A stretch of DNA of 64,000 nucleotides. Origin: Candidatus Nomurabacteria bacterium (lineage in GTDB: Bacteria; Patescibacteriota; Saccharimonadia; Saccharimonadales; VXPC01). Where the stretch lies: assembly GCA_020631905.1 (NCBI GenBank), contig JACKGQ010000001.1, forward strand, positions 101,854 through 165,853, written 5' to 3'. Positions 44,966 to 53,179 of the stretch are shown in pieces. The translations under genes and the position numbers were made by a program. Below the pieces are notes generated by a model. That model did no database searches. It was not told the origin of the DNA and was given only the letters and a program-made list of their open reading frames with translations. Within the stretch, counting starts at the first letter, position 1. The number at the start of each line of letters is the position of its first letter.

Positions 44966-45529
44966 CTATGCCAAGAATCGGAAGCGTTTAACTACATCTT
45001 GGGCTTGCCATTTTTTCCCTAGACCCCACACCTGCTCTTTGTTTGCTAGCATTACTCCTACGAGAACCACAGCGTAGACGATATGGTCATCGAGGACTGG
45101 GTTATTCTCTGGTGGCAACACCGCACTCCACATCATTAATAGCATTGCTATTCCAGATACACAAGCTACGGTTACACCAACCCCACTAACCAACGCTAGT
45201 CCGATTAGTAAAAGCCCAGTCATGAACAAGAAGTCAACCGAGCTCTTACCTGCTAGTCCACTATAAAAATCTTGGAACGGACCCTTGGCAGCAAACTTGA
45301 GGAATCCTTCGGTAGGATGAGCAGTTGCTCCCTCATCGTTGACAACTGCCTTAGCACAACCAACTTGAACAGTCTCTTCGCCGGTTGTTTTATCTGCGAT
45401 TCGGCAAGTTGAGTAGCCTAACCCAAACATTTTATCTAAGAACGCCCACAAGAATATCAAACCAATTAATATTCTGAGCGCCGCCCATACTTTGGCATTG
45501 TTATTCGATGCCTTTTTCTTTGTTGCCAT
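44966..45529 (-). CDS. DoxX-family membrane protein
   Basis: VWAALRILIGLIFLWAFLDKMFGLGY and four TM helices. There is a promoter (TTGACG...TATAAT) and GGGGGA upstream. Confidence 0.65.
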   Translation of the reverse strand: MATKKKASNNNAKVWAALRILIGLIFLWAFLDKMFGLGYSTCRIADKTTGEETVQVGCAKAVVNDEGATAHPTEGFLKFAAKGPFQDFYSGLAGKSSVDFLFMTGLLLIGLALVSGVGVTVACVSGIAMLLMMWSAVLPPENNPVLDDHIVYAVVLVGVMLANKEQVWGLGKKWQAQDVVKRFRFLA

Positions 45530-45664
45530 TTTTCCCCCTAAAGTGCTTAAACTTATAAGCTAATTATATACCCCTGTTATATATCGTCAAATTAATGTTG
45601 TTTTGTTTCAGCCTAAAATCAGCTTGTTATGTCATACTATAACCAGTAAATAAGGAGATATCCT

Positions 45665-46258
45665 ATGAAATCTCAATTAATCTTAGTTATTGTCGCCGGA
45701 CTCGGCGCGTTAGTGGCGGCTTACAGCCTGGGCTGGCAAGGGGCAGCAGATAAGCGGTTGACTAATTCTGGCGTCGACACCAGTGAGACAGTCGTCAGTT
45801 CGGCCAACTGTCTATCAGAAGATTGCTTGAAAGTAGCCGATCTAGAATACCCGGCCGGCGAATTGCCGAAAGATGTTATCTCTGCCCTCAACGTGGCGAT
45901 TGATGACGAGTACAAAGCACGAGCCACCTACTCAGCCGTTATAAGTAAGCTTGGCTCGATACGCCCATTCTCGATGATTATTCGAGCCGAGGAACAACAC
46001 ATCTCATCACTTAAAGCCATCTACGACAAATACGGCTTAGAAATTCCAGATGACCCATATACAGACGTTCAGGTTGCAGCCACAAAGGCAGCAAATTGCT
46101 CAGTTGGTGTCCAGGCAGAAATCGATAACGCCGCCCTTTATCGTGATTCTCTGTTACCAAGGGTCTCCGCCTATCCAGATATTACAAGTGTTTTTACTAG
46201 TCTAATGAACGCCAGTCAGAACAACCATTTGCCAGCTTTCGAACGCTGTGCCAGCTAG
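45665..46258 (+). CDS. Ferritin-like (DUF2202-type) secreted/anchored protein
   Basis: LNVAIDDEYKARATYSAVISKLGSIRPFSMIIRAEEQHISSLKAIYDKYGL has paired E..(Y/H) helices. AAGGAG lies upstream. Confidence 0.6.
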   Translation: MKSQLILVIVAGLGALVAAYSLGWQGAADKRLTNSGVDTSETVVSSANCLSEDCLKVADLEYPAGELPKDVISALNVAIDDEYKARATYSAVISKLGSIRPFSMIIRAEEQHISSLKAIYDKYGLEIPDDPYTDVQVAATKAANCSVGVQAEIDNAALYRDSLLPRVSAYPDITSVFTSLMNASQNNHLPAFERCAS

Positions 46259-46644
46259 GTTCGACGACTACACCGACCGCAAATACCCGAAACTAGAACT
46301 CGACCAGATATCTGGCAGTTTCTAGCTGTACAGTTTTCCAAAGTGTTCATGACCAATGGTAGAACATCTATATCCTGGAGTTCATCACATTCTGTACATA
46401 AAAAATGATCATGAGGCTTAATGTTGGCGTCGTACCTCATGGCACCAGAAGTATCAGCTGGTGCAACCGAAATCTCACCACGACCAGCCAGCCTGGCGGT
46501 AGCTCGATGAATGGTCGTATCACTAACATACGGATAATGTTTGCGAACTAAAACGGCGATCTCAGCGTTGCTAGCATGGCCCAGGCTTTTTACGGCTTGG
46601 CGGATTAAAGTACAGTACTTACTTTCTCGTGCTTGAACTTTCAT
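46255..46644 (-). CDS. Fur-family transcriptional regulator
   Basis: Winged-helix N-terminus, then HDHFLCTECDELQDI...CGRCS (HxH plus CxxC pairs). It is divergent from the glutaredoxin-like gene. Confidence 0.7.
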   Translation of the reverse strand: MKVQARESKYCTLIRQAVKSLGHASNAEIAVLVRKHYPYVSDTTIHRATARLAGRGEISVAPADTSGAMRYDANIKPHDHFLCTECDELQDIDVLPLVMNTLENCTARNCQISGRVLVSGICGRCSRRT

Positions 46645-46663
46645 TGCTTTACATTATACTATA

Positions 46664-46688
46664 ATTGTAAATGTAAATTATTTACAAT
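46664..46688. promoter_or_regulatory. Perfect 9-bp inverted repeat ATTGTAAAT-N7-ATTTACAAT, candidate operator
   Basis: It lies between the divergent Fur-family and glutaredoxin-like genes and overlaps the end of TATAAT at 46660-46665. Confidence 0.5.
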
Positions 46689-46701
46689 TAGAAAGGTACA
46701 T

Positions 46702-46959
46702 ATGAAGAAAGTAACTGTATACAGCACAACCACCTGTCCATATTGCGTGATGGTCAAGCGTTGGCTAGCTGAAAGAGGTATAGAATTTGAAGATGTCTTG
46801 GTCGATAAAGACCCAGCTATGGCTAAGAAAATGGTCGAGCTAAGTGGCCAGATGGGCGTCCCCTTTACAACAATTGAAGATGATGAGTCTGAACAGATAC
46901 AAGGTATTTTGGGTTTCAACATCCCTTCACTTACACAAGCATTAGGCTTGTTGTATTAG
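46702..46959 (+). CDS. Glutaredoxin-like protein (NrdH/Grx family)
   Basis: MKKVTVYSTTTCPYCVMVKRWLAERGIEFEDVLVD...GVPFTTI has the CPYC active site and thioredoxin-fold pattern. Confidence 0.8.
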   Translation: MKKVTVYSTTTCPYCVMVKRWLAERGIEFEDVLVDKDPAMAKKMVELSGQMGVPFTTIEDDESEQIQGILGFNIPSLTQALGLLY

Positions 46960-47057
46960 TTTAATAATTGCTTGTATCCCGAGTAGATGTTTGCTATTTT
47001 ATGTCGCAGTGAATTTCGATTGGTCATACTATAGGTCACTTATAAAAAGGCATGTAA

Positions 47058-47083
47058 ATCGCCCCAAATGGGGTGATTTTTTT
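47058..47083 (+). terminator. Rho-independent terminator
   Basis: ATCGCCCC-AAAT-GGGGTGAT followed by TTTTTTT. Confidence 0.75.
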
Positions 47084-47229
47084 ATACTGGAGCTTCGTGG
47101 ATAGGCCATATGGCCGAAATCAAAATATATATATTTGTTTGTTTATTCGTAAATATCGATCCCAATCAAAATTGTTATTGGAACCACCCTAAAACAAAAT
47201 AATTTCTTTCAAATTAATAGGAGAATGAA

Positions 47230-48243
47230 ATGCAAGAAGTGGTAAATCCAAAAAAACAAATACTCGAACAGATCGAAAATAACGGAGGCTGGGTTAACTC
47301 CCACACTCATCTAGACAGAAGTCAAACTCTAACCCAAACAGTTTGGGGACAAACCGGAGCAAGGTTACAAGACAAATGGGGTTATGTAGACCAATTTAAA
47401 TCCGAGGCGAGTGTCGATGATATCGTCGCCAATATGTCGCAAACTATCGAAGATCAAATTTCACAGGGAGTCCAGGCAATTGGCTCGTTCATTGACTGTG
47501 ACTCAGTTGTCCGTGACAAGAGCCTGCGTGCTGCAGAAATTGTCCGTGAAAGATTTAGAGGTAGAGTTGCCCTTCGATTTATGAGTCAACCAATCAAAGG
47601 TCTGGTTGATCCGGCGGAAATAGCTTGGTTTGAACATGCTGCAGATTTTGTCGATATCATTGGAGGCTTACCCGAGAAAGATGGAAATCCAGAGTCAGCA
47701 GCCGACAATAGTCACCTGCACTTTCACAAGATATTTGAAACTGCTGCCGAAACCGGCAAGCCATTACATATCCACATCGATCAACTAAATCGACCCGACC
47801 AGCGCGACACCGAGAGGGCTCTAGACTTTGTCGAAAGATACGAGCTTTACGGAAGGGTTTGCCTAATTCACTGCATATCACTAGCCGCTCAGTCAGAGAA
47901 TTACCGACTAGAGATTTATGAACGCATGGTGAAACTGGGAGTTGGAGTAATAACTTGCCCGACAGCCTGGATTGACAGCCGTCGGACAAACCAAATGGCT
48001 CCAACCCATAACGCCGTAACAGCCGTAGACGAGATGGTGCCGCGTGGAGTAACGGTTGCCCTGGGCACTGATAATATCGCTGATATTTACAAGCCGTTCA
48101 CCGACGGTGACATGTGGACGGAGCTTAGGTTCTTACTTGAGACCACGCATTTCTACGATATCAAAGCACTGGCTAGAGTTAGCTCAACAAACGGTTTAAA
48201 GGTGTTGGGCTTATCTGATCGACCTCGACCAATTTATGCTTAA
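47230..48243 (+). CDS. Amidohydrolase-superfamily enzyme, cytosine-deaminase-like
   Basis: The metal ligand pattern is GGWVNSHTHLDRS, LHIHIDQ, IHCISL and LGTDNIAD. Confidence 0.65.
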   Translation: MQEVVNPKKQILEQIENNGGWVNSHTHLDRSQTLTQTVWGQTGARLQDKWGYVDQFKSEASVDDIVANMSQTIEDQISQGVQAIGSFIDCDSVVRDKSLRAAEIVRERFRGRVALRFMSQPIKGLVDPAEIAWFEHAADFVDIIGGLPEKDGNPESAADNSHLHFHKIFETAAETGKPLHIHIDQLNRPDQRDTERALDFVERYELYGRVCLIHCISLAAQSENYRLEIYERMVKLGVGVITCPTAWIDSRRTNQMAPTHNAVTAVDEMVPRGVTVALGTDNIADIYKPFTDGDMWTELRFLLETTHFYDIKALARVSSTNGLKVLGLSDRPRPIYA

Positions 48244-48296
48244 TAGACGGTTGCCATAAATAAATTCACCCGCTTGCTTTGTTGAAGGTTTTCTTT

Positions 48297-48333
48297 AGAA
48301 ATTTAATTTAAATTTAATTTAAATTAAATTTCT
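48297..48333. repeat. AT-only hairpin: 16-bp perfect stem, 5-nt loop
   Basis: AGAAATTTAATTTAAA-tttaa-TTTAAATTAAATTTCT lies between convergent genes. Confidence 0.7.
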
Positions 48334-48588
48334 ATTTGTCGATTTTGGGAATTACACACTACTTAGGAAGAGTTGGCTCCTGGATGAATTGAACAACCTG
48401 GCCTATGGTTACTGTATTTAGGATAGTTTTATATTTTATTGAAAATATCATTTATAAATTTTGGCAATAGCTTATCAGACCCTAAGAGGACGCAGACAGA
48501 AGAGATGTATGGAGGTTATGTAAAAGTGGTTTAGTACCCGCAATCTGGCAATTGCCATCTGGAATAGGGTTAACGCAAAAATATTCCT

Positions 48589-49194
48589 CTAGGTAAGCAA
48601 TTTATCTCGATAATGTTCAATGATGTAACGGACTGGAAAAGTCAGATCTTTTCGGATAGCTTCATCAAGAGTAAGCCAGGTGGGCATATGACCCTCCTCC
48701 TCTTCTAGCATCTTTAAATCTATATTCTGATTTAGCACAATAAGATACGCATGCCATCTGTGCGCATCACAACCCCGACGACAAGAATCTCCAATAATAT
48801 CTTCGCTCATAATTTTGGTTGCTGATTCGACTATAAGGCCAACCTCTTCTTGAGCTTCTCGACGCATTGCTGTTAGAGGATCCTCGCCTTCGTCAACATG
48901 TCCAGCAGGAATGGTTATGGCAAATGGAAACTTAACACGCTCAAAGAATAAGAACTTATACTCATGGTTACGGATAAAAACACCGGCACTCTCATGCCAG
49001 TATTCGCCCCCTTCGCCGACCCACCACTTTATTTTGGGATCAATAACAATCAAGCGATCGTGACGTTTATTACAAGACGCACAAAAGTAGTATATCTTAC
49101 CTTCATCGACGACTTTGTGCACCGATTCGGCATAGCACTGTATGCAGTATTGATGAAGCTTCCCATCGTTTTGCCAATCGAAATCAAGCTTCAT
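48589..49194 (-). CDS. NUDIX hydrolase with N-terminal zinc ribbon
   Basis: CIQCYAES...FCASCNKRH (CxxC...CxxC) and the NUDIX box GHVDEGEDPLTAMRREAQEEVGL. Confidence 0.8.
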   Translation of the reverse strand: MKLDFDWQNDGKLHQYCIQCYAESVHKVVDEGKIYYFCASCNKRHDRLIVIDPKIKWWVGEGGEYWHESAGVFIRNHEYKFLFFERVKFPFAITIPAGHVDEGEDPLTAMRREAQEEVGLIVESATKIMSEDIIGDSCRRGCDAHRWHAYLIVLNQNIDLKMLEEEEGHMPTWLTLDEAIRKDLTFPVRYIIEHYRDKLLT

Positions 49195-49379
49195 AACTTT
49201 CTCTCATGTTTAAATAATACCAAATAACCGCCAACGAAATATTTAGTTTTGAAATTTAATCGGATTATCCGAAAATCGCTAATTTGCTTCTCGGGTTCCG
49301 GGAACAAATGAATATTAGAAATAACCGCAATAATGTTCATCACTACATTCCACACCAGAACCAAACAGAGGTATTCGGC

Positions 49380-49583
49380 TTATTTTTTTAGATATTTTCC
49401 GGCGATGCTCAAGGCAAAGGATGGCAAGATAAGAAATACGCTCGCAAACAACAACCTGATCAAAAAGTGAGTCAACCTTGTGTCTGGCTGATTCGCTCCT
49501 GGGGCAGTTAAAACTATTAACATGCCTGTTACCCCAAAGACTACTGAAGCATATACAAAAACCCGAGTTGCTATTTTCTGCAT
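49380..49583 (-). CDS. Small two-TM membrane protein
   Basis: The start at MQKIATRVFVYASVVFGV (ATG 49583) is preferred. TATAAT (49590-49595, minus strand) lies 6 nt upstream. Confidence 0.45.
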   Translation of the reverse strand: MQKIATRVFVYASVVFGVTGMLIVLTAPGANQPDTRLTHFLIRLLFASVFLILPSFALSIAGKYLKK

Positions 49584-49672
49584 GATTATATTATAACAAA
49601 CCGACTTTACCCTTGCCTCTGGATATCTTGTGGGCCTGAACGCCACACCTAAACCACTCAACTCATCTCTGT

Positions 49673-49885
49673 CTATAGCGGGGCATACATAAGGTTGACA
49701 TTCAGCTCTTCAGCTTCTGGTCTTTGCGCTGCAATTCGTACTAATTCACTATCATCATTTACCAGATCAACAACTCTAGGCCGTAATACGGACAGTAACG
49801 CAAAGATAGAATGATTGACGGTTTCTGGCAGTAGGTGTACATCTGAAATGGCTGCAACTTTGTTCATTTCTAAATTGTAACCCAA
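49673..49885 (-). CDS. Hypothetical small protein
   Basis: 70-aa ORF only, with no motif. Confidence 0.3.
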   Translation of the reverse strand: MGYNLEMNKVAAISDVHLLPETVNHSIFALLSVLRPRVVDLVNDDSELVRIAAQRPEAEELNVNLMYAPL

Positions 49886-50070
49886 AACATAAAAAGAGGC
49901 ATTTCAACTCCGAAAATCTTAGTTATAACCTTGGCTCCCCTTACAGGTCACGGAATCTATACAGGGGTCGCAGGACACAAAACGAGACAAATGAGACACG
50001 AAACGCACTTTTTTAGTTGTCAATTAGCCGTGCATTAATAATCTCTTGATTAGCATTGTATAATAGACGT

Positions 50071-50322
50071 ATGAAGAGTATGTGTCAAAGCTGTGCCCAG
50101 CCCCTAAAAACGAATAATAAAGGAACTGAAAAAGACGGTTCGTTGAGTCCTGAGTACTGTAATCTGTGCTATCAAAACGGTGTATTCAAAGATCCTGACT
50201 TAACGCTAGACCAGATGAAAGCTATCTATGTCGAGGCCATGAAGAAGATGCATTTCCCGCGTTTTATTGGTAAAACGATGGCCAATTCGCAACTCCCCAA
50301 GCTGAAGCGCTGGAAAGTTTAG
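50071..50322 (+). CDS. Zinc-ribbon domain protein
   Basis: MKSMCQSCAQPL...SPEYCNLCYQNG (CxxC...CxxC). ATG 50071 lies 6 nt after TATAAT 50059-50064. The track start is a TTG inside the -10 box. Confidence 0.6.
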   Translation: MKSMCQSCAQPLKTNNKGTEKDGSLSPEYCNLCYQNGVFKDPDLTLDQMKAIYVEAMKKMHFPRFIGKTMANSQLPKLKRWKV

Positions 50323-50328
50323 AGCGAT

Positions 50329-50952
50329 ATGTCAATAACTGATCGTTTAGCGTCTTCTTTGTCGCGAAACGACGAAGAGCCTAATATTCTTGTTGCTCAG
50401 CAGATTGTAAAAAATAAAGATGCTGATGGTGTCAAAGAACTTATTAATAATATTAAATCCGCGTCAAAAGCAATCAGGCATGATTCAATAAAAGTTCTTT
50501 ATGAGGTCGGCGATCGTAAACCAGAGCTCATAGCCAATTACACCAACGTTTTCATCGATTTACTGGTGTCAAAAGACAATCGGATGCAGTGGGGTGCAAT
50601 GACCTGCCTAGCATCAATAGCAAAAGTGAACCCAGCGGAGCTTTACAAACACATTGACATGCTTGAGAAGGCAGCAAACGTCGGATCTGTCATTACTCGT
50701 GACAATTATATAAGGCTATTAGTAAATATTGCGCGTGTAACTGAATGCTACGACGAGGCCACGCAAAAAATCCTTATGCAGCTATTATCTGCACCAGAGA
50801 ACCAACTCCCAATGTATGCAGAGATGGTTAAGGACGCATTTCAACCTAATGATACCAAGCAGTTTACTGAGGTTCTGAAAGAGCGACTAAGTAAAATTAG
50901 TAAAGAATCAAGAATAAAAAGAATTCAAAAGGTTATTAATTTAGCGGCCTAA
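50329..50952 (+). CDS. Hypothetical helical-repeat (HEAT/ARM-like) protein
   Basis: 207-aa ORF with a repeated amphipathic helix pattern and no catalytic motif. Confidence 0.45.
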   Translation: MSITDRLASSLSRNDEEPNILVAQQIVKNKDADGVKELINNIKSASKAIRHDSIKVLYEVGDRKPELIANYTNVFIDLLVSKDNRMQWGAMTCLASIAKVNPAELYKHIDMLEKAANVGSVITRDNYIRLLVNIARVTECYDEATQKILMQLLSAPENQLPMYAEMVKDAFQPNDTKQFTEVLKERLSKISKESRIKRIQKVINLAA

Positions 50953-51198
50953 ACTTCATGGATTTTATCCATACCAAATTCGCCTTAAAAGGCGGCAAGA
51001 TCGGCTTAGTTTAGAGCCGTAAACTAACTAGAATTTGTTCTCTTTTTTGTTTAATTTTGATGGCGACAGGTCACGAACCGAAATAACAGGGGTAGAAGCC
51101 GTTTGGTACGGTCTCGGAACTCAGTCTTTTAAATGTCCGCTGAGCCACCATAATGCTACACGGTCTAGTTCATTTTAGAGGGCATTTAACAGATGTGA

Positions 51199-51234
51199 AA
51201 CAAACAAAAAAGACCGGTCATAGGAACACGGTCT
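51199..51234 (-). terminator. Rho-independent terminator of the minus-strand metal operon
   Basis: AGACCG-12 nt-CGGTCT followed by TTTTTTGTTTG on the minus strand. Confidence 0.65.
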
Positions 51235-51253
51235 TTATGTGTTGATTTGCATC

Positions 51254-51280
51254 TGGCTCCGAGGGGTGGATTCGAACCAA
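51254..51280 (-). pseudogene. tRNA 3'-end fragment (T-loop, T-stem 3' strand, acceptor 3' strand, CCA)
   Basis: The minus strand reads TTGGTTCGAATCCACCCCTCGGAGCCA. No matching 5' half is present. 23 of the first 26 nt match the tRNA-Asn 3' end at 59507-59532, in the same orientation. Confidence 0.6.
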
Positions 51281-51357
51281 ACGAATATACCACCTTATTT
51301 TTGGCTCGCTTTACCTTAGCTTGCATCTGTTATTTTTCAAACAATTACTTGTAATGG

Positions 51358-51546
51358 CTACTCTTCGTGATCATGTTCGTCGGCATGAGTCTCGGAATCA
51401 CTTTCGTCGCTATGGCTGTCGTTTTCACGGTCATGGTTATGCCCAACTTCTGTAGTTGATTCGATTACTTCACCGTCATGAGCATCGTCACTATGGTCTT
51501 TGCATTTAGATGACACGAATCTGATCGCCTTCTTCAAGCTCTGCAA
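51358..51546 (-). CDS. His/Asp/Glu-rich small ORF (possible metal-binding peptide); start uncertain
   Basis: ...KCKDHSDDAHDGEVIESTTEVGHNHDRENDSHSDESDSETHADEHDHEE. The track start is a TTG with no RBS, and its 5' end overlaps ORF 51506-51622 in another frame. Confidence 0.35.
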   Translation of the reverse strand: MQSLKKAIRFVSSKCKDHSDDAHDGEVIESTTEVGHNHDRENDSHSDESDSETHADEHDHEE

Positions 51547-51622
51547 TGTAGAAATACGGGCTGTATAGACGGGCTACTTTTTCACCGTTGATATACAAGT
51601 GAGCGTGTCCGTGACCAAGCAT
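51506..51622 (-). CDS. Small HxHxH ORF (38 aa)
   Basis: Below the track cutoff. ATG 51622 is preceded by GGAG with a 5-nt spacer. The product is MLGHGHAHLYINGEKVARLYSPYFYIAELEEGDQIRVI. Confidence 0.35.
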   Translation of the reverse strand: MLGHGHAHLYINGEKVARLYSPYFYIAELEEGDQIRVI

Positions 51623-51745
51623 ATTTTCTCCATTCATATCTTAAGACGAAAAAGTAAAAAATTCGCCGTTTCAAGCTCTAGATTCCATCCAGATTTCACA
51701 CCTTTATCAAGACGATCGACATAGCTAGGGCGCAAGAAGATAAGT

Positions 51746-53179
51746 CTAGTGTTTTTTTATACAAACTCCAGCTTGCTCACGAGGTAGGTCATGGTATGAC
51801 CATTCAATAGTTCCGCCTTCAACTGAGTATGCTTCGACATCCTGGTCACGTAACTGCTGTGCAAAAGCAAGAGATGAAACTCCTCGCTGACATACAACAA
51901 ATATTTTTTGATTATACGTGTTAGTGTCGATGTCTGTTTTTGTATCAGTCCATATTGCATATGGAACGTGGAAATGCTCAAACATTTCTCGCGATCGAAT
52001 ATCAAGAATGACAACATTCTTACTTTTCTTGATTTCTTCAATATTGAGATTCTTGATCTGCTCTCTTTCTACTCCGTATGCTTGAGTAATAAAATCATCG
52101 ATAGATAACTCAAGGTCTGAATCAAGATTATCTGGCTGCTCATCCTCAATAAGAAGTAATTCCTCGTTTTCAATTTCAGGAAATTCTTCTTTACCAAGAT
52201 AATAGAAATATTCATCAAAGTATGGAAATGGCGTGTCGCATGCAATGACTACGGCATTAATCACACCTTCTTTGTTGGTTAAGTTATTAAGTGTCCCATC
52301 TTCTTTTTTCTGTTGCAGTATCTTGAAAAGCCCCTGAAGATTAAATCCTGTACTTGGTCCAACCAATAATCCATGACGACAGAGTTTTAGACTTTGAGAA
52401 TATGATTCAACTGTTCCAACTTCAATAAGTTCATCAGAGACATCTTGCCAATCAAAAGCTATTTCATCCAAGAGATTCCGTGTCCGAGGTCCTGGAACAG
52501 GATTGTTCTTTGAACGTACCACACCGATAGTTTGAATTTTTGGATTCTGTTCTTTCAGAAACGAAGCTGTCCCCACCATGGTACCGGTGGTCCCAAGCCC
52601 AGCACAAAACATTTGAATATCACCCTTGGTCTGTTTCCAAATTTGTTGACCAGTGATTTCTGCATGAATATTTGGATTATCAATATTGTCGTACTGACCA
52701 GGATTAAAGAGTTCATCTTGTTCTTCTGCCCATTTCTTTGCCTTAAAAATACCACTCGTTGGATCACTCGGATCGGGGCAAATTGGTTCTTCGTTAATAA
52801 TTGGCTTCACACCAAAAAATTGAAGGAGTTTTAGTTTTCCTTTACTAATTTGATGAGATGCTACTGCTTTTGTGGCCGGAACTCCAAAGAGCTTACCTAA
52901 GATAGCCAAAGAATACACTGTGTTCCCAGAAGAGTTTTCAACCAAAGTTTCAACTCCTTTCAATTTTTGAGATTTATATGCTTGTTCAAGCATATTCCAT
53001 GCAGGAAGTGATTTTACGTTTGCTAGGGGTGTCGTCGACATCATTTTCATATGGATCCGTACACCGTCATCATAGAACGGATTTAATTCAGGTGGTAATT
53101 CAACCAACGGGGTTACTGCATTATGAGGATTAAGATAGTCATATAATCCTTTCGCTCCTGAATAGACATTACTCTCCAT
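51746..53179 (-). CDS. PLP-dependent cysteine-synthase-fold (PALP) enzyme fused to a C-terminal rhodanese domain
   Basis: PALP motifs include the Lys in PLANVKSLPAW, ENSSGNTVYSLA and CAGLGTTGTMVG. The C-terminal VVILDIRSREMFEHFHVPYAIW...VVCQRGVSSLAFA carries the rhodanese active-site loop CQRGVSS. Confidence 0.7.
   Translation of the reverse strand: MESNVYSGAKGLYDYLNPHNAVTPLVELPPELNPFYDDGVRIHMKMMSTTPLANVKSLPAWNMLEQAYKSQKLKGVETLVENSSGNTVYSLAILGKLFGVPATKAVASHQISKGKLKLLQFFGVKPIINEEPICPDPSDPTSGIFKAKKWAEEQDELFNPGQYDNIDNPNIHAEITGQQIWKQTKGDIQMFCAGLGTTGTMVGTASFLKEQNPKIQTIGVVRSKNNPVPGPRTRNLLDEIAFDWQDVSDELIEVGTVESYSQSLKLCRHGLLVGPSTGFNLQGLFKILQQKKEDGTLNNLTNKEGVINAVVIACDTPFPYFDEYFYYLGKEEFPEIENEELLLIEDEQPDNLDSDLELSIDDFITQAYGVEREQIKNLNIEEIKKSKNVVILDIRSREMFEHFHVPYAIWTDTKTDIDTNTYNQKIFVVCQRGVSSLAFAQQLRDQDVEAYSVEGGTIEWSYHDLPREQAGVCIKKH

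Noticed and set aside
48374-48398. Degenerate TGGCTCC... segments at 48374-48398, 49932-49940 and 59069-59098 as additional tRNA-Asn att remnants
   Set aside because: The shared core is only about 7 nt (several chance occurrences are expected) and the remaining similarity needs indels. They are mentioned as tentative in the island finding, not called as features.
51500-51550. Programmed +1 frameshift (prfB-like) joining the two His-rich mini-ORFs
   Set aside because: The site (GTC ATC TAA A) lacks a slippery P-site codon that could re-pair in the +1 frame, and there is no upstream SD-like stimulator at the right distance. An assembly error or two separate ORFs is more plausible.
52532-52834. 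+ strand and alternative-frame ORFs inside the PLP-rhodanese gene (52532-52834, 52555-52767, 51757-52041, 51908-52108)
   Set aside because: AT-rich sequence yields long spurious frames. The 477-aa frame carries the PALP and rhodanese motifs.
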